Origin: Octopus sinensis
Taxonomy: Eukaryota
DNA length: 64,000 bases
Direction: 5' to 3'
Assembly (NCBI RefSeq): GCF_006345805.1
Contig: NC_042997.1
Coordinates: 145,328,001 to 145,392,000, forward strand
Shown here piece by piece: positions 1 through 13,799 of the stretch. The stretch's first letter is position 1; the number at the start of each line of letters is the position of its first letter. Under the pieces are notes generated by a model, which saw nothing but the letters and a program-made list of their open reading frames with translations, was not told the DNA's origin and did not search any database. The position numbers and the translations under genes were made by a program.

Positions 1-721
1 AAAGTCAGCTCGATCATAGCTGACCTGGGCCTAAACAACTGTCATATGCGAATCAACATGGCTTCTATTCGACATATTTCATGATATGTTACTAAAATAC
101 CTGTGTGCTAACTCCGGTGCGTAACCTCGGTATGTAAGAAAAGCTAGGCGAATGAATTTTATGATTTCGTAAAGGATTGGATATAAACTGCTGCAGTAGG
201 TAATATTTAATCACAGTCAGAAATCTAGTGGAATAGTACCGGGATGGTTTTTAATTCTGACAACCCTTCTCGGTAGGTATTCTACTTAGATATAGCAACG
301 AAACAAAGGCTCTCAAGATAATCAGAAACTTGTTGTCTCCCCACTAATACCATATGTGTAATGTCAATGTTCTATTAATCTCATTTTGTGAGTAGAATAT
401 AGCAGTAAAATATATATATGTGATATGAAACGTATTCATCTCGTGTCCCCTTGCGCACTTTCTGTTTATTTGCAAGATTACGATGCACAGTTCAGACTTT
501 CTCTCGCTTCATTTTTTCGCACATTTTATGTGTAAAATACCGAGTTTCTCCTTTAAACTTGAGCTGAATAATATAGTTTTTATTCATATTATTTACCATT
601 CTTAGAGTAGTGGACTAGAAGAATCACTACAGCGTTGGACAAAATATTTTGTGATTTATATTATGGCGTTTTGATTTAAAATTCTATTAAGGTCACCTTT
701 TTCATACTTCAAACATCGATG

Positions 722-876
722 AAATAAAGTACCTGTCACCTTTCTTTCCACCCTTCAAAAATCTATAAAATAAAATACGTGTCACCCTTCTTTTAACGCT
801 TCAAGAGTCGATAAAATAAAGTACCTGTCACCCTTCTTTTCACCCTTCAAGAATCTGTAAGATAAAGCACCTGTCA
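722..876. repeat. 46-bp minisatellite, about 3.4 copies
   Basis: AAATAAAGTACCTGTCAC-like motif recurs at 722, 768, 814 and about 860; resembles the SINE-A central segment. Confidence 0.75.
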
Positions 877-959
877 GATAAGATAAAATTAATTAGTTCC
901 CTTTCCATTAAATTTGTGGCTTTGCGCCAATTTCAGAAATCATTCTTTGATATGGACAG

Positions 960-1215
960 AATTTGTCGGTGTTGATTTACCATGTTCCCTCTATGTTTAG
1001 CCTCTTGTGGTCAATAAAGAAATAAGAATCGTGAGCACGCCGAGCAAAATGCTTAGCGGCATTTCGTCCGTCTTTACGTTCTGACTTCAAATTCCGCCAA
1101 GGTCGACTTTACCCCTCATCTTTTCGGGCTGTATAAAATAAGTACCATTTGAACATTGGAGTCGATGTAATCAATTTACTCCCTCTCCTAAAATCGATGG
1201 GCTTGTGCCAAAATA
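960..1215 (+). mobile_element. SINE family A, degenerate
   Basis: GCACGCCGAGCAAAATGCTTAGCGG...TTCAAATTCCGCC head followed by the family body. Confidence 0.7.
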
Positions 1216-1639
1216 TGAACTGAATATTAGCAACACAACTTATGTTAGGAAAATAACAAAAAAATCTAACGAATACATCAATATACTGCTGGGATCCTGC
1301 GACATATTTTGTAATTCGTTTCTGAATTTCTGATCCTCCAGAGATACATCAAAACTTGTTTCAACACATGAATTCACATCAAGAATCTTAGAAGCCAAAT
1401 ACAAAAACGAAACAAAGACTTCACCATTTATGCTATACAGTTTGATGTTTTAATTCTTCTAAACTGCTTTGATGTTTCTTTTGTAGGATTTCTCTAGATT
1501 TCCTTCCATCTGTTTACCACTCGTTCTTTTTCCACTGAATTAGATTTTCCTATAACGATGAAATCCAGTTTTCTTTTATAGCAACAACACCGGTGAATAT
1601 CAAAAACAAGCAACCATCGTACAATACTCAACGACATAA

Positions 1640-2100
1640 ACATATACATACTACACACATGCACACACACATACTGTGTGAGAGCGCGCGTATGAGAGAT
1701 TGCGTGTATGAGAGAGAGAGAGAGTGGGCGTATGTAAGAGAGAGAGAGCATGTGAATGTGTGTGTATGTGAGAGAGAGAGAAAGAGAATGTATGTGTGTG
1801 TGAAGAGAGAGAGAGAGAGAATGTGTGTGTGTGAGAGAGAGAGAGAAAGAGTTGTGTGTGCATGTGTGTGAGTGCGTGTGTGTGAGAGAGATAGCATGTG
1901 TGTGTGAAAGAGAGAGAGAGTGCGTGTGTGTGTGCCTGTATGTGAGCATGTCTGAGAGAGAGAGCATGTGTATGTGTGTGTGTGTGTGTGAGAGAGAGAG
2001 AGCGTGTGTGTGTATGTGTGTGTGTGAGCGCGTGTGTGAGAGAGTGTGTGTGTGTATGCGTGTATGTGTGTGTGTGAATTAGAGAGAGAGAGAGAAGACA
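1640..2100. repeat. compound (CA/GT)-(GA) microsatellite
   Basis: direct inspection; explains the low-complexity ORFs here. Confidence 0.95.
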
Positions 2101-2250
2101 AAATAGAAGTTACATACAGCTCCACGATTTCAACAATACACGTAGAGGTCAGTAAATAAACAGAGAGAAAGCAAAACGATGCCCACACTATGTTTAGGGG
2201 TAACCACATGTACATATTTGACCAACAGAAAGGAACAAAAACTAATGGTA

Positions 2251-2487
2251 TACCTATTTCTTTATTACCCACAAGGGGCTGAACACAGAGGGGACAAACA
2301 TGGACAGACATAGGTATTAAGTCGATTATATCGACCCCAGTGCTTAACTGGTACTTAATTTATCGACCCCGAAAGGATGAAAGGCAAAGTCGACCTCGGC
2401 GGAATTTGAACTCACAACGTAACGGCAGACGAAATACCGCTAAGCATTTCGCCCGACGTGCTAACGATTCTGCTAGCTCGCCGCCTT
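2251..2487 (-). mobile_element. tRNA-derived SINE family A
   Basis: minus strand reads GGCGGCGAGCTAGCAGAATCGTTAG (A-box-like) ... GAGTTCAAATTCC (B-box-like), then body GCCTTTCATCCTTTCGGGGTCGATAAATTAAGTACCAG. Confidence 0.9.
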
Positions 2488-2811
2488 ATCAAAGCCTATT
2501 CTAGTTCTGCAAGTCACTGCACAACAACCTACAATGAAAAATAAAGGACACAAAACAGCATATTACGTATTATAACTGGTTGTACACATATCACACCCAC
2601 AGAACAACAATGCAACGAAACAAAATTACTAAATATAAAAGACCTATTGAATATGTGAAGTGCGCAGTTTGTTGTTGCAGAAAATTTAGGAGTTCACCGT
2701 CCTTGTCATTTCACGAACAAAAATCATTCTAAAACAGAGACACAGGTACAGTGACCCAGAGGAATACATCAACAACGTACCATAAGCAAAGTCTTAGCTA
2801 TCACCCATACA

Positions 2812-3207
2812 CTGGCTCTCCGTCGGTTACGACGATGAGGGTTCCAGTTGATCCGATGAACGGAACAGCCTACGTGGGGAATTAATGTGCTAGTGGCTGA
2901 GCACTCCACAAACACGCATAGTCTTCACGTAGTTCTCAGGAAAATGCTGTAATCACTTGTTTTTCAAGTAGTATTGCCATTGGTACTTCACTGAAGCTGA
3001 ATCTAACAAGAGAGTAATTGTATCCTTGCAGACATGAGACAAGGTTAGCCCTTTGACTTACAGATACAACTCAATTTTGCCAGCTGAGGGACTGGAGCAT
3101 CGTGAAATAAGGTGTATTCCTCAAAGATATAACGCGCTGCCAGAAATCGAACTTACGACCTTAAACCGTGAGACGAATACCCTAACCATCAAGTCACGCG
3201 CTTTCAC
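2812..3207 (-). mobile_element. tRNA-derived SINE (V-type core) interrupted by a 92-bp insertion
   Basis: degenerate tRNA-like head near 3207, core CTCCAGTCCCTCAGCTGG, 3' hairpin CGTCG-TAAC-CGACG; related copies at 38011-38180 and 40690-40912. Confidence 0.7.
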
Positions 3208-6029
3208 CAAGAAATAAGTGTAATATCAATAACTTCACTGGGCCCCAAGCACTGTCCTGCGATGTACACCACCAACAATATATCGGCGGTGAATTGGAAG
3301 AATCTTTCGAGTGCCGGACAGAATATCACGCGTTATTTGTTCTGATACACTGCGATTTGAGTTCAAATTTCGTCAAGGTCAATGCTTTCAGAGTCATAAA
3401 AAAAAATACCTGCCAAGAACGGTGAATGTGTGAAACTGTAAGAACCTTATACAAGAGGCTTTGCGCGATATTTCGTTTGTTTACGCTCTGAGTTCAAATC
3501 CCGTTGAAATCTCCATAGGTGTTAGAGTTAATCTATTGCCTAGTTTAACAACACTATCTGGTACCTCTAGGACCTTTAATAAAGTTCACATTGTTGAAAA
3601 CATTTGAACAAGATTCTCGTTTAAAAGCTCCTTCTTCTTTTCCACCCGTCTCACACACCCTGTGAAAGAACATAAGATTTTTCTTCCCTTCTCACTTTAT
3701 CGTTAAGTATATATACGGTAGAGAAACAGGAACTGTCTTGAGTTAACCAAGTTCACCTTGCCCATCACTTCAAAAGTTACAACCAGACTCCATGTGCATA
3801 TATAATTAGGCTGGAGAGTGAAGAGTGTGTTGTATGTTCAGATTGTTTCATTGCACCATGTGTGTTTCACTACTGCATGTTGGATCATGTGTATGGACCC
3901 CAATTAGATGGATACATGTTATGATGAGGAAAATTAATCTCATTGTTTGGTCGACTTCCAGCGTGCTTATAGGGTTATTTGACCAGAACTGGCCTTGTTT
4001 TATAAAGTAAGGACCACTTCTCCAATAACGAGTGGGCCTCTACAGCCACTCGATCAACTAGAAATAGTATTTAAATCCCCCTCAAATCGTACCCCACCGT
4101 TTTAAAAAAGAGGAGGAAAGGATACAATAGATAATGGTTTCTAATCATGGCACAAGGCCAGCGATTTTGGAATGAGGGAAAGTCAGTTACATCGACCCCA
4201 ATGATCAACTGGTACTTATTCTATCGATCACGAAAAGAATGAAACGCAAAGACGACCTCGACGGAATTTGAACTCACAAACTTAAGAGCCAGAATGGATA
4301 CATTAGATAAAGCAATTCTAAATGCCACGTAAAATCACAAGAGGGTCGAGGTATGAAAGTCTCTGGTCATACATCTTCTAAATCAAGTTTAACCTGGGAT
4401 TAAACAACAAACAACAGCAATCACTTCTGTGATGCTGAGAATAATATCGCCTGTTTAATAGACCAATATTCTTTCCCCGATTCTCGACTTCATGCAGTTC
4501 CTAACCATTTATACTCTTTAATGAGCATATAGCATGACACTTCATGCTGTGTTCTTTTGAATGAACATTTTTATGTCTTTCAGGCCTTTGCCTCCTTGGA
4601 TCTTCCCTTCTTCCTTTTTTTTTTTACCCTTTTGTTTGAATATCATAAAGTTCATCAGTTTCTGATCATGTGGCTCTCTCTCTCTCTCTTTCTCTCGGGA
4701 TTCTCTTGTCGATTCAATTCAACTGTTATGGATCTTCTTTACTTAATTAAACCAAATTCGTCACATAACAAGCTTCTAGTTTATAGTTTGCCCCTAATGT
4801 TGATCGAAAATCAAAGTGTTTACTCGGATTTCAGTCGTGATTGTCTTTACTTTGTCTGTCTTTTCAGTTTGTTCACAACCAAAAACGAAAAAGCAAAAGA
4901 AAGAAAAAAAAAGTTCAAGCTTCGAATTTTCCTAGTTCAAGATATTCTTTTCCTTCTGGGAATATATCTAATCCTGTTGCTTTCATTATTTTCCTTTTAT
5001 TTACATATTTTTGACACCGTGGCGTGCTTTTGTGTCATGGTAAATTTGCACTACGATACCCTTTGCAATTTCCAGCTGTGAGTGGTTTTTCCCTTTGAGT
5101 CACACAGACGACCGTCAATGAACAGACTATGTTTGTTTTTGTTCTTGTTTTTTGACACTTCTATCTCTTGGAGATCCCATGCTGTAATCACTTGTTTTTC
5201 AAGTAGTATTGCCATTGGTACTTCACTCAAGCTGAATCTAACAAGAGAGTAATTGTATCCTCGCAGACATTTCTATGTAATTGAGATTCGGCGATTATTT
5301 ATGAGTTTTTTTTTCTCTCGACAGCTCACACTTCCCATCCCCAACTACCATTTGTCTATCATCTCTCTTATCAAACCTCACGCACTTGATCTGGTACACC
5401 CATCCTCTAAAATATACATATGATCTAACATACATGTTCTTCCTCTCTAAATTCTACGATATTCTGTTCCTCCATGACAACATCAAGCTTGGCCTTCCTC
5501 TTGCGAGTCAGAAAATACAACAGTTCACAAAATCTGTTTACTCTTTGCAAAGAAAACGTGAGACTTACAATGGAGTGTACTTCTCCCACATCGGTGTAAC
5601 TGTTACATGCATGGAGATCTTAGACAGTATGTAAAGAAAGGCTAATTGATTGATTGGCACGAATTCACTCAACACACCCCAGTGTCTGACCCACAAACTT
5701 ACTGTGTCTCATCTCTGCCTTTTCGACAGCTACTACATTGGCCTCTGCTCTTCGGAGTAGGTCGGTTTTGTACCACCTCCACTCAGGCTCAACCAACTAT
5801 TTCATCTCTCCTGTCTTATGACACATATTGGTGTCTCACTCACACCCAAGCCACGCACTAGTCTCTGTCCCTAATTTTTCTATCTCTGAATGTCTAATCT
5901 CTTGAATTCTATACTAGTATATATCTTTCCTGTAGCTGCTAACAGACAAATGTTCTAGAGGAATGTTAACCATATCCATCTCACAGGTCTCGGAAGGACA
6001 GCAAAGGGCGTTGATAAATAAAATTAATC

Positions 6030-6234
6030 CTTGCTACTGAAGGCACAAGTCCTGAAATTGAGGATGGGGACTAGTCGATTACATCGACCCCAGTGATTCA
6101 CTGGTAATTTATCGATCCCGAAAGGATGAAAGACAAAGACAACCTCAGCGCTATTTGAACTCAGAACGTAGCGACGGTCGAAATACCGCTAAGCATTTCG
6201 TCCGGTGTGCTAACGATTCTTCCAGCTCGCCGCC

Positions 6235-6281
<47 letters not shown>

Positions 6282-6676
6282 CCTTTCTACTATAGGCACA
6301 AGGGGAAAATTTGGGGAGGAGCGGGCAGTCGATTAAATCGACCTCAGTAAGCAAATAGTGCTTAATTTATCGTCCCCAAAAGGATGAAAGGCAAAGTCGA
6401 CCTCAGCAGAATTTGAACTCAGAACGTAGCGACGGGCGAATTACCTATTTCTTTACTACCCACAAGGGGCTAAACACAGAGGGGACAAACAAGGACAGAC
6501 AAATGGATTAAGTCGATTACATCGACCCCAGTGCGTAACTGGTACTTATTTGATCGACCCCAAAAGGATGAAAGGCAAAGTCGACCTCGGCGGAATTTGA
6601 ACTCATAATGTAACGGCAGACGAAATACCGCTGAGCATTTCGCCCGGCGTGCTAACGTTTCTGCCAGCTCACCGCC

Positions 6677-6677
<1 letters not shown>
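6030..6677 (-). mobile_element. SINE family A monomer plus dimer, separated by (AAT)n
   Basis: family motifs repeated three times; (AAT)n at 6238-6280; (AAT)n/(GAT)n at 6678-6783. Confidence 0.9.
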
Positions 6678-6766
<89 letters not shown>

Positions 6767-7899
6767 CGACGATGATGATGATGTCATGCGTTCTTTTCCC
6801 TACTTTTCCAGAACTCCACAAATTTGTCTATGGTTTCAAACTATTTAGCTGTTTAGTAGCCGTCATCCTATTCAGTAGAGCTTTTTATTTTAAATAAACT
6901 AAGTGGAACTCCTAATTTTTTCAGCTTCCGTTGAAGCACTCTTTATATCTTTGTAAATTCATAATTGTTTATGGTCTGTAGTTCTTTACGCCTTTCAACA
7001 ATCTCTTTTCATTCACGGTGCCTTTATTTTGTCATTGTATGCCTATGTATTTTATTTCCTGTCAATCGATTTAAACCTTTTATCTTAATTTTTGTTTCTT
7101 AGTTTAAGTTCCTCTACAACAGTCTCATGAGCACTTGCTTTTTTTTATCTATATTCTTACCAAAGAATTTTATTTCATTAATTATTCAGAGACGCCATCT
7201 GTATATTCACATCTTTCTTGAATCTTAGCATCGTCGTCTCATAGACTCTGTAACGTGGTAGCATTCTGGTAATTATTCATTCCATATTGACTTTTAACTT
7301 TCTCCTGTTTGGATCTATCTAAAGTTACTGATCATACTTTCCTATAAAGAAGTCCAGCTGAAGCTAGAGTTAACTCAGATAGTTGCCATGGGCGTCACGT
7401 AATGTGTTTTGAATATTCCTATTACAAAGAAAAAAACACAAACCAAATTCTTTAATAATTTTGTCAATAGAAACACTCCAGATATAAAATTATGAAAAAT
7501 ATGATTTAATTTTATATAGGATGATGTGTTCTTCAGTATCTGGTGTTTTGTTCTTATTTTTTAAGTTTAATGAAGAAATTTCGTTACATTTAAAGGAACG
7601 TGTCCTTCCTACTGTCTTTCACAAATCCATTCAGTGTTTGTAACAAAAATATGTGGAGGTTACAGCCAGTAATCTAGATATTGTTCCTCTCTCTTGCTTC
7701 TTCCCCTTTCTCTTGGTTTCAAAGTTTGGTACAAGGGTAGTAATTTGTGGGAAGAGTTTATGTCGATTATATCAAGCTCAGTGTTAAATTGTTACTTTCG
7801 ACTCCGGAATGATAAAAGGCAAAGTCGTCCCTGGCCAGATTTGAACTCAGGACTTAAGTCGGAAGAAATGCTGCTAAGTATATTTTTTCGGTACTCTTT

Positions 7900-8134
7900 A
7901 CTCTCTTTTGCTCTTTTACTTGTTTCAGTCATTTGACTGCGGCCATGCTGGAGCACCGCCTTTAATCGAGCAACTCGACCCCGGGACTTATTCTTTTGTA
8001 AGCCCAGTACTTATTCTATCGGTCTCTTTTGTCGAACCGCTAAGTAACGGGGACATAAACACACCAGCATCGGTTGTCAAGCAATGCTAGGCGACAAACA
8101 CTCACACACACAAACACACACACGCATATATATA

Positions 8135-8174
<40 letters not shown>

Positions 8175-8178
8175 TATA

Positions 8179-8217
<39 letters not shown>

Positions 8218-8383
8218 TACGCCGGGCTTCTTTCAGTTTCCGTCTACCAAATCCACTCACAAGGCTTTGGTCGGCCCGAGGCTATAGTAGAAGACACTTG
8301 CCCAAGGTGCCACGCAGTGGGACTGAACCCGGAACCATGTGGTTGGTGGACAAGCTACTTACCACACGGCCACTCCTGCGCCT
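7900..8383 (-). mobile_element. tRNA-derived SINE family B with internal (TA)/(CA) microsatellite
   Basis: minus head GGCGCAGGAGTGGCCGTGTGGTAAG...GGTTCAGTCCC; body CCTTGGGCAAGTGTCTTCTACTATAGCC; 3' part GGTGCTCCAGCATGGCCGCAGTCAAATG. Confidence 0.9.
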
Positions 8384-8699
8384 ACGGTAATAAATCTGCA
8401 AGTTCTTTCTATTGAAAGCACAAGGCCTCAAATTTGGGAGAAGGGATTAAGTCGATTACATCATCAATCCCAGTGCGTAACAGGTATTTAATTTATCGAT
8501 CCCGAAAAGATGAAGAGTAAAGTCGACCCAGAACGTGAAGACAGACGAAATACCGCTAAGCAGTTTGATTTTTTTTTTTTTTTTGGTCATCCTTGCTAAA
8601 AACTGAATTTTTAAATATAACAAGGTGTAAACCATGTTCTCTTTTGTTGCTTTTATATTTATTTCCAGCAACCTATGATTACAAATATTCCAGTTATGA

Positions 8700-8960
8700 C
8701 CATCCGTCTTTTTCAGACATTATATATCAATGTCTGCATTTTCTACTGTGTTCTTTCTTTATGAAAATACCAGTAAGTTAATTGAAGGACACTTGCTATT
8801 TCTAGCATGTAGAACGACAGTCCTGTAGAAATTCTCTACTTAGTGTTCCCTTTTGTTGTTCATTCTGAGAAGACTAGTATCCTTAAATTGTTTCAACCTC
8901 GATCAAATCGCCCCCATGCGCCACAGTAAGAATTATTCGACTGACACTCTTTCTTAATAC
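8700..8960 (-). pseudogene. very decayed LINE (RTE-like) RT C-terminal fragment
   Basis: manual translation across stops gives AWGRF...FYRTVVL; weak resemblance only. Confidence 0.3.
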
Positions 8961-10175
8961 ATGATATTTATACCCTAACTTAGTCGTGGGAAATTCTCTT
9001 GCTTTTTGACAAAATATCGCTCCTAATCAAGTTTGGAATCGTACTCTAACGTAGTCTCTAAAAGTCCATATGAAAAAGAATGATTTAAGCTTTAAGACCA
9101 AAACTGTAATTTAATATAAGTCGCATACCTATAGGGAAAAATGAATGGAATTCTGTGAGGAGAGCGATATTTACTGTGATAACATCGCCATTTTTAATTT
9201 CTAGTTCATATCTATATTTTTTCTTCAGTAATGTCTACAGCGTTTCAAATGTTTCTATATACCCTCCCAACGACAACAATAGTCATACCACACCCTTTAT
9301 AACAATAAATATCTCAAATAACATACCCCCGCTACAAAAACAAGAATAAGCCCTTATCAGACAGTTCTCGAAAATCAGGCATCAGAAGTCACACAACAAA
9401 TAAACACAAAACCGAAAATACGTGCCTTCTGCCTACATCATCCGTTAGACATCCAAAAAGCAATATGGAAATCTAAAAAGTAAAACGCATCAAGGCTTGC
9501 AGAAATCACTTCACCCAACAACCTCTGCAACTTTTCTATGAGTGCTACGAAAAGTGCGAGGGTGGCATATGTAACTAGTATTTTTGTCTTTTGGTGTATG
9601 TATGTGTACGCTTGCGTCCGTCTGGCTTGTTTATGACGTTGATTGTGACATTGATTGTGACGTTGATTGTGACGTTTAGTTGCATTCGATGTTAGCTGGA
9701 GTTGTTGTTGATAAGAAAGGTGACAATAGAAACTGTGCAAAGTCATGATAATTGTTAAGCCCAGCAAAAACACTCGAGTGTAGTAACGTCATACACACCT
9801 AGTACTGCTCTTTGCAAACTTAAAAAGTTTTTGAAAAGAATAACCTTAATGATGTTACATTCAGACCACACCTAAAAAAAACCAGCCTTCTTAACAAATA
9901 AAAATAAGATAAAATAAAGTAATTGTTGGCCTTTATACGTGTAGGACATTGTTTATTGTCACAACAAGCTTCAGCCTTGGAGTTACAAAATAAAAGTAAT
10001 TTCAACCTTACCTTGAACACTACAAGCACAACAGCAACACTGTCTGTTCCGCTTTGCACAGACTAAAAGAAAAATAATTACGCACGAAAGTAACTGTAAC
10101 ATCGCCACTGGTCTCAGTGCTGGGACTCATACCACGGACAATAATTACAAAATAACAACAGCTTCACACTCTAAC

Positions 10176-10512
10176 CGAGTCCGCCGTTGTGGCCACTATC
10201 GAGTCCGCCGTTGTGGCCACTACCGAGTCCGCTGTTGTGACCACTACAGAGCCCGCCGTTGTGGCCACTGCAGATCCTACCGTTGTGGCCACTACCATGC
10301 TCGCCGTTGTGACCACTGCCAAGCCTGCCGTTGTGGCAACCACAGAGCCCGCCGTTGTTGCCACTACCGAGCCTGCCGTTGTGGCCACTACCGATCCCGC
10401 CGTTATGGCCACTACAGAGTCCGCCGTTGTGGCCACTACCGAGCCCGCCGTTGTGACCACTACCGAACCCACCGTTGTGCCCACTACAGAGCCCGCCGTT
10501 GTGGCCACTACT
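10176..10512 (+). repeat. 24-bp tandem repeat x14 with an open frame (TEPAVVAT)n; possible mucin-like exon
   Basis: unit ACCGAGCCCGCCGTTGTGGCCACT, no indels across 14 units; ORF 10189-10593. Confidence 0.85.
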
Positions 10513-11017
10513 AGACTGCAGGAGCTTATAAAAACAGATTTAATTGTAGGGAAGATTCAATATGCCAAAAATGCTACACTGCACCTCTTTTGATTTATGT
10601 ATGTCGGAGTGTGTTGTACTCTCCTCAAATAGTTGGTGACAGGGTGTAACTAGGAGAATGCATCGCTGTTGCGTTTCGTTGTTTAAACGACTATCTGCGT
10701 AACTATAGTCGTTTTTGAGCATAGCTGACCTGAGGCTGAATGACCAGAACGAACGTGTTTTTACGGACATTAAACACACACGCACAAAAATAACGAAAAC
10801 TATCAAGTTTTATGACAACAAAGCATACATATTGAAATTCGGAAAAACGATTTTTAAAAAACCGGCACTTTTTATATAGATTTTCTTTCAGGCTTGATCT
10901 GAGCGCAACAATAGCCTACTCCAAATTTTGGTCTTCAGATGTGCTGCGTCCGCTTTTTTTTTTACCTCTTAACTATTGTTTCTTCAACTGCGACTTCTGC
11001 TCTTTGGAAACGGGCAG

Positions 11018-11466
11018 GTTCTATACTCTTTTTTACACTAGGCATAAGGCCCGAAATTTGTGGGGAGGGGGCCAGTCGATTAGATTGACCCCAGTACGCA
11101 ACAGGTACTTAATTTATCGACCCCGAAAGGATGAAAGGCAAAGACGACCTCCGCAGAATTTGAACTCGGAACGTAAAGACAAACGAAATACTGTTAAGCA
11201 TTTCGCCCGGCGTGCTAACGTTTCTGCCAGCTCGCCGCCTTTAAGAAATATTCTTTTCTACTCTAGGCACAAGGTCCGAAATTTTGGGGGAGGGGGCCAG
11301 TCGATGAGATTGTCTCCAGTACGCAACTGGTACATAATTTATCGACCCCGAAAGGATGAAAGGCAAAGTCGACCTCGGCGGAATTTGAACTCAAAACATA
11401 AAGACAGACGAAATACTGTTAAGCATTTCGCCCGGCGTGCTAACGCTCCTGCCAGCTCTCTGCCTT
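11018..11466 (-). mobile_element. two tandem SINE family A copies
   Basis: two full head-body-tail units. Confidence 0.9.
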
Positions 11467-12089
11467 ACGGCAGGTTCTAAGCTACCACCACCATCATCAC
11501 CACCACCACTATCAATGCTCTGACATTCCTGATTCAACTGTCTCTCTCTTTCTCCCATCACTCATTCTATGTGCCCACCACAGATTCCGGAACAATCCCA
11601 GAACATCTGCACTACTCCGTGAATTTTCTGCTTGCTTATGTATTTCCCTCGCAGTCATCAATTAACAAGAGATAAAGAGAAATATTAACAGCATCAATCC
11701 TCATTCCACTGAAAAGACCCGCGTAGACAATGGACACGACCGACATCTTCGAATCAAATCTCATAAAGGGAAAAAGTTAAACTTATTCTCTGATTTAGTA
11801 TGTATGATGAATATTAACTTCTCGTTGCTCAGAATGTTTACTGAGTTAATTTCTTTTCATTCTGAATTTTGAAATAAATATTTCACCGAAATACAATTAT
11901 GTAGATAGTTTCACCTAATTTGTCATGTAGATGTCATTAATGATGAAGGCTTATTTATCTTCTGTCCATTTTTTTTTCCCCCGTTTACTTTTTATATCGA
12001 GTTCTCAGCTGCTGCATGCTGTCTTAGTTTGAACAAATTTCCCTTTCGTTGTTGTGATACATTCATCATCATCATCATTATTATCGTGA

Positions 12090-12485
12090 AGGCGGCAAGC
12101 TGGCAGAAACGTTAGCACGCCGGGCGAAATGCTTAGCGGTATTTCGTCCGCCGTTACGTTCTGAGTTCAAATTCCACCGAGGTCGGCTTTGCCTTTCATC
12201 CTTTCGGGGTCAATAAATTAAGTACCAGTTACGCACTGGGGTCGATATAATCGACTTAATCCGTTTGTATGTCCTTGTTTGTCCCCTCTGTGTTTAGCCA
12301 CTTGTGGGTGGTAAAGAAATAGGTATTTCGTCTGCCGTTACATTATGAGTTCAAATTCCGCCGAGGTCGACTTTGCCTTTCATCCTTTCGGGGTTAATAA
12401 ATTAAGTACCAGTTGCGTACTAAGATCGATCTAATCGACTATCTCCCTCCCTATTTCAGGCCTTGTACCTATAATAGAAAGGATT
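12090..12485 (+). mobile_element. SINE family A dimer
   Basis: head at 12090, junction AAGAAATA|GGTATTTCG near 12322, second tail TAGAAAGGATTGTTATT. Confidence 0.9.
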
Positions 12486-12725
12486 GTTATTATTATTATC
12501 GTGGTCGTCGTTATTCGGATAAAATACCTTGCGATATTTGTCCCGGCTTTTTACGTTGTAAATTCAACTCTTGCTGGGGTCAGCTTTAGTTTTCATTCTT
12601 TCTGGGTCGGTAAAATAAAGTGTAACACTCAAGTAATGACATGGATCGTAATGACATGGATCGACTAACCCCATCTAAGTTAAAATTGCTGGCCTTGAGC
12701 CTAAATAACACTTAATAATAATAAC

Positions 12726-13275
12726 CCTTTCTATTATAAGCACAAAGCCTGAAGTTTTAGGGGAGGAGACGAGTCGATTACATCGACCCCAGAATGTCAC
12801 TGGTACTTAATTTATCAACCCCGAAAGAATGAAAGGCAAAGTCGACCTCGGCGAAATTTGAACTCAGAACGTAAAGACGGATAAAATGCTGCAAAACATT
12901 TTGCCCAGCGTGCTAACGAGTCTGCCAGCTCGCCGCCTTTATATAATGTAATCGTTTCAAATTTTGCCACAAGGGCAGCCATTTTGGAGAAGGGGATAAG
13001 TCGATTAAATTGACCCCAATGTTTCACTGGTACTTAATTTATCGACCTCAGCAGGATGAAAGACAAGCTCGACCTCGGGTGAATTTGAACTCAGAACGTA
13101 AGGACGGACGAAATGCTGCTAAGCATTTTACCCGGCATGCTAACGATTCTGCCAGCTCGCCACCTTAATGATGATGATGAGGAGGAGGATGATGATGATA
13201 ACAATAATTCTTTCTACTATAGGCACAATACCTGAAATTGGGAGGAGAAAGATAGTCGATTACATCGACCCCAGT
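12726..13275 (-). mobile_element. cluster of SINE family A copies
   Basis: two near-full copies and one partial copy. Confidence 0.85.
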
Positions 13276-13329
13276 ACTCATGACCACTAGGACAAGTACC
13301 CTCTCCCTATTTTCATCCTCAGTTAACAG

Positions 13330-13745
13330 ACGTATGCACAAAGAAAGCCCGATCACTAGGAGCTTGCTCCTCACTCTCTTCAACATTTCGACAATTTTGC
13401 TAGAAGATAGCACTTCCCTTACCACTTTCACTTTCCTTTTCAAGTGAAACTTCAAGGTGATGAGGGCCTGCCCAAAAAGGAACGTGTTTGCCTTCAACCA
13501 TTCTGGTCTGGTCCATCACGAAACATTTTTTCGATAAGACCACCAGAAAGATAGATAATGCCTGACCTTGCCGGCTAAATGAAAGAGGCAGGACGATCTT
13601 CATGGGGGACTAAGCTGACAGCTGGGTTCGTTCTATACGTGACAGCAGGTGTTCGACATAACTCCACAAGTTAGCAATGCTTACGCACTGGACAAGTGTG
13701 CAACAGTAGCTTCGTTGCTCTGTGTGGCTGACAGTACTTCCGTGT
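13330..13745 (-). pseudogene. L1/Tx1-type LINE ORF2 C-terminal relic
   Basis: translation across frameshifts: VQCVSIANLWSYVEHLLSRI...TFLFGQALITLKFHLKRKVKVVREVLSSSK, typical of the post-RT zinc-binding tail of Tx1-like ORF2. Confidence 0.6.
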
Positions 13746-13799
13746 CTTTAGAGATCGTGTTGTTTCAATGATTGTTGTGGGTTGGTGTGATGATGATTG

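Noticed and set aside
5000-5110. QIYHDTKARHGVKNM on minus as a Gypsy integrase zinc finger
   Set aside because: Too short, with no flanking pol motifs or LTRs
10560-10630. CQKC...CRSVLY as a MYND finger
   Set aside because: Several ligands are missing and the frame is closed by stops
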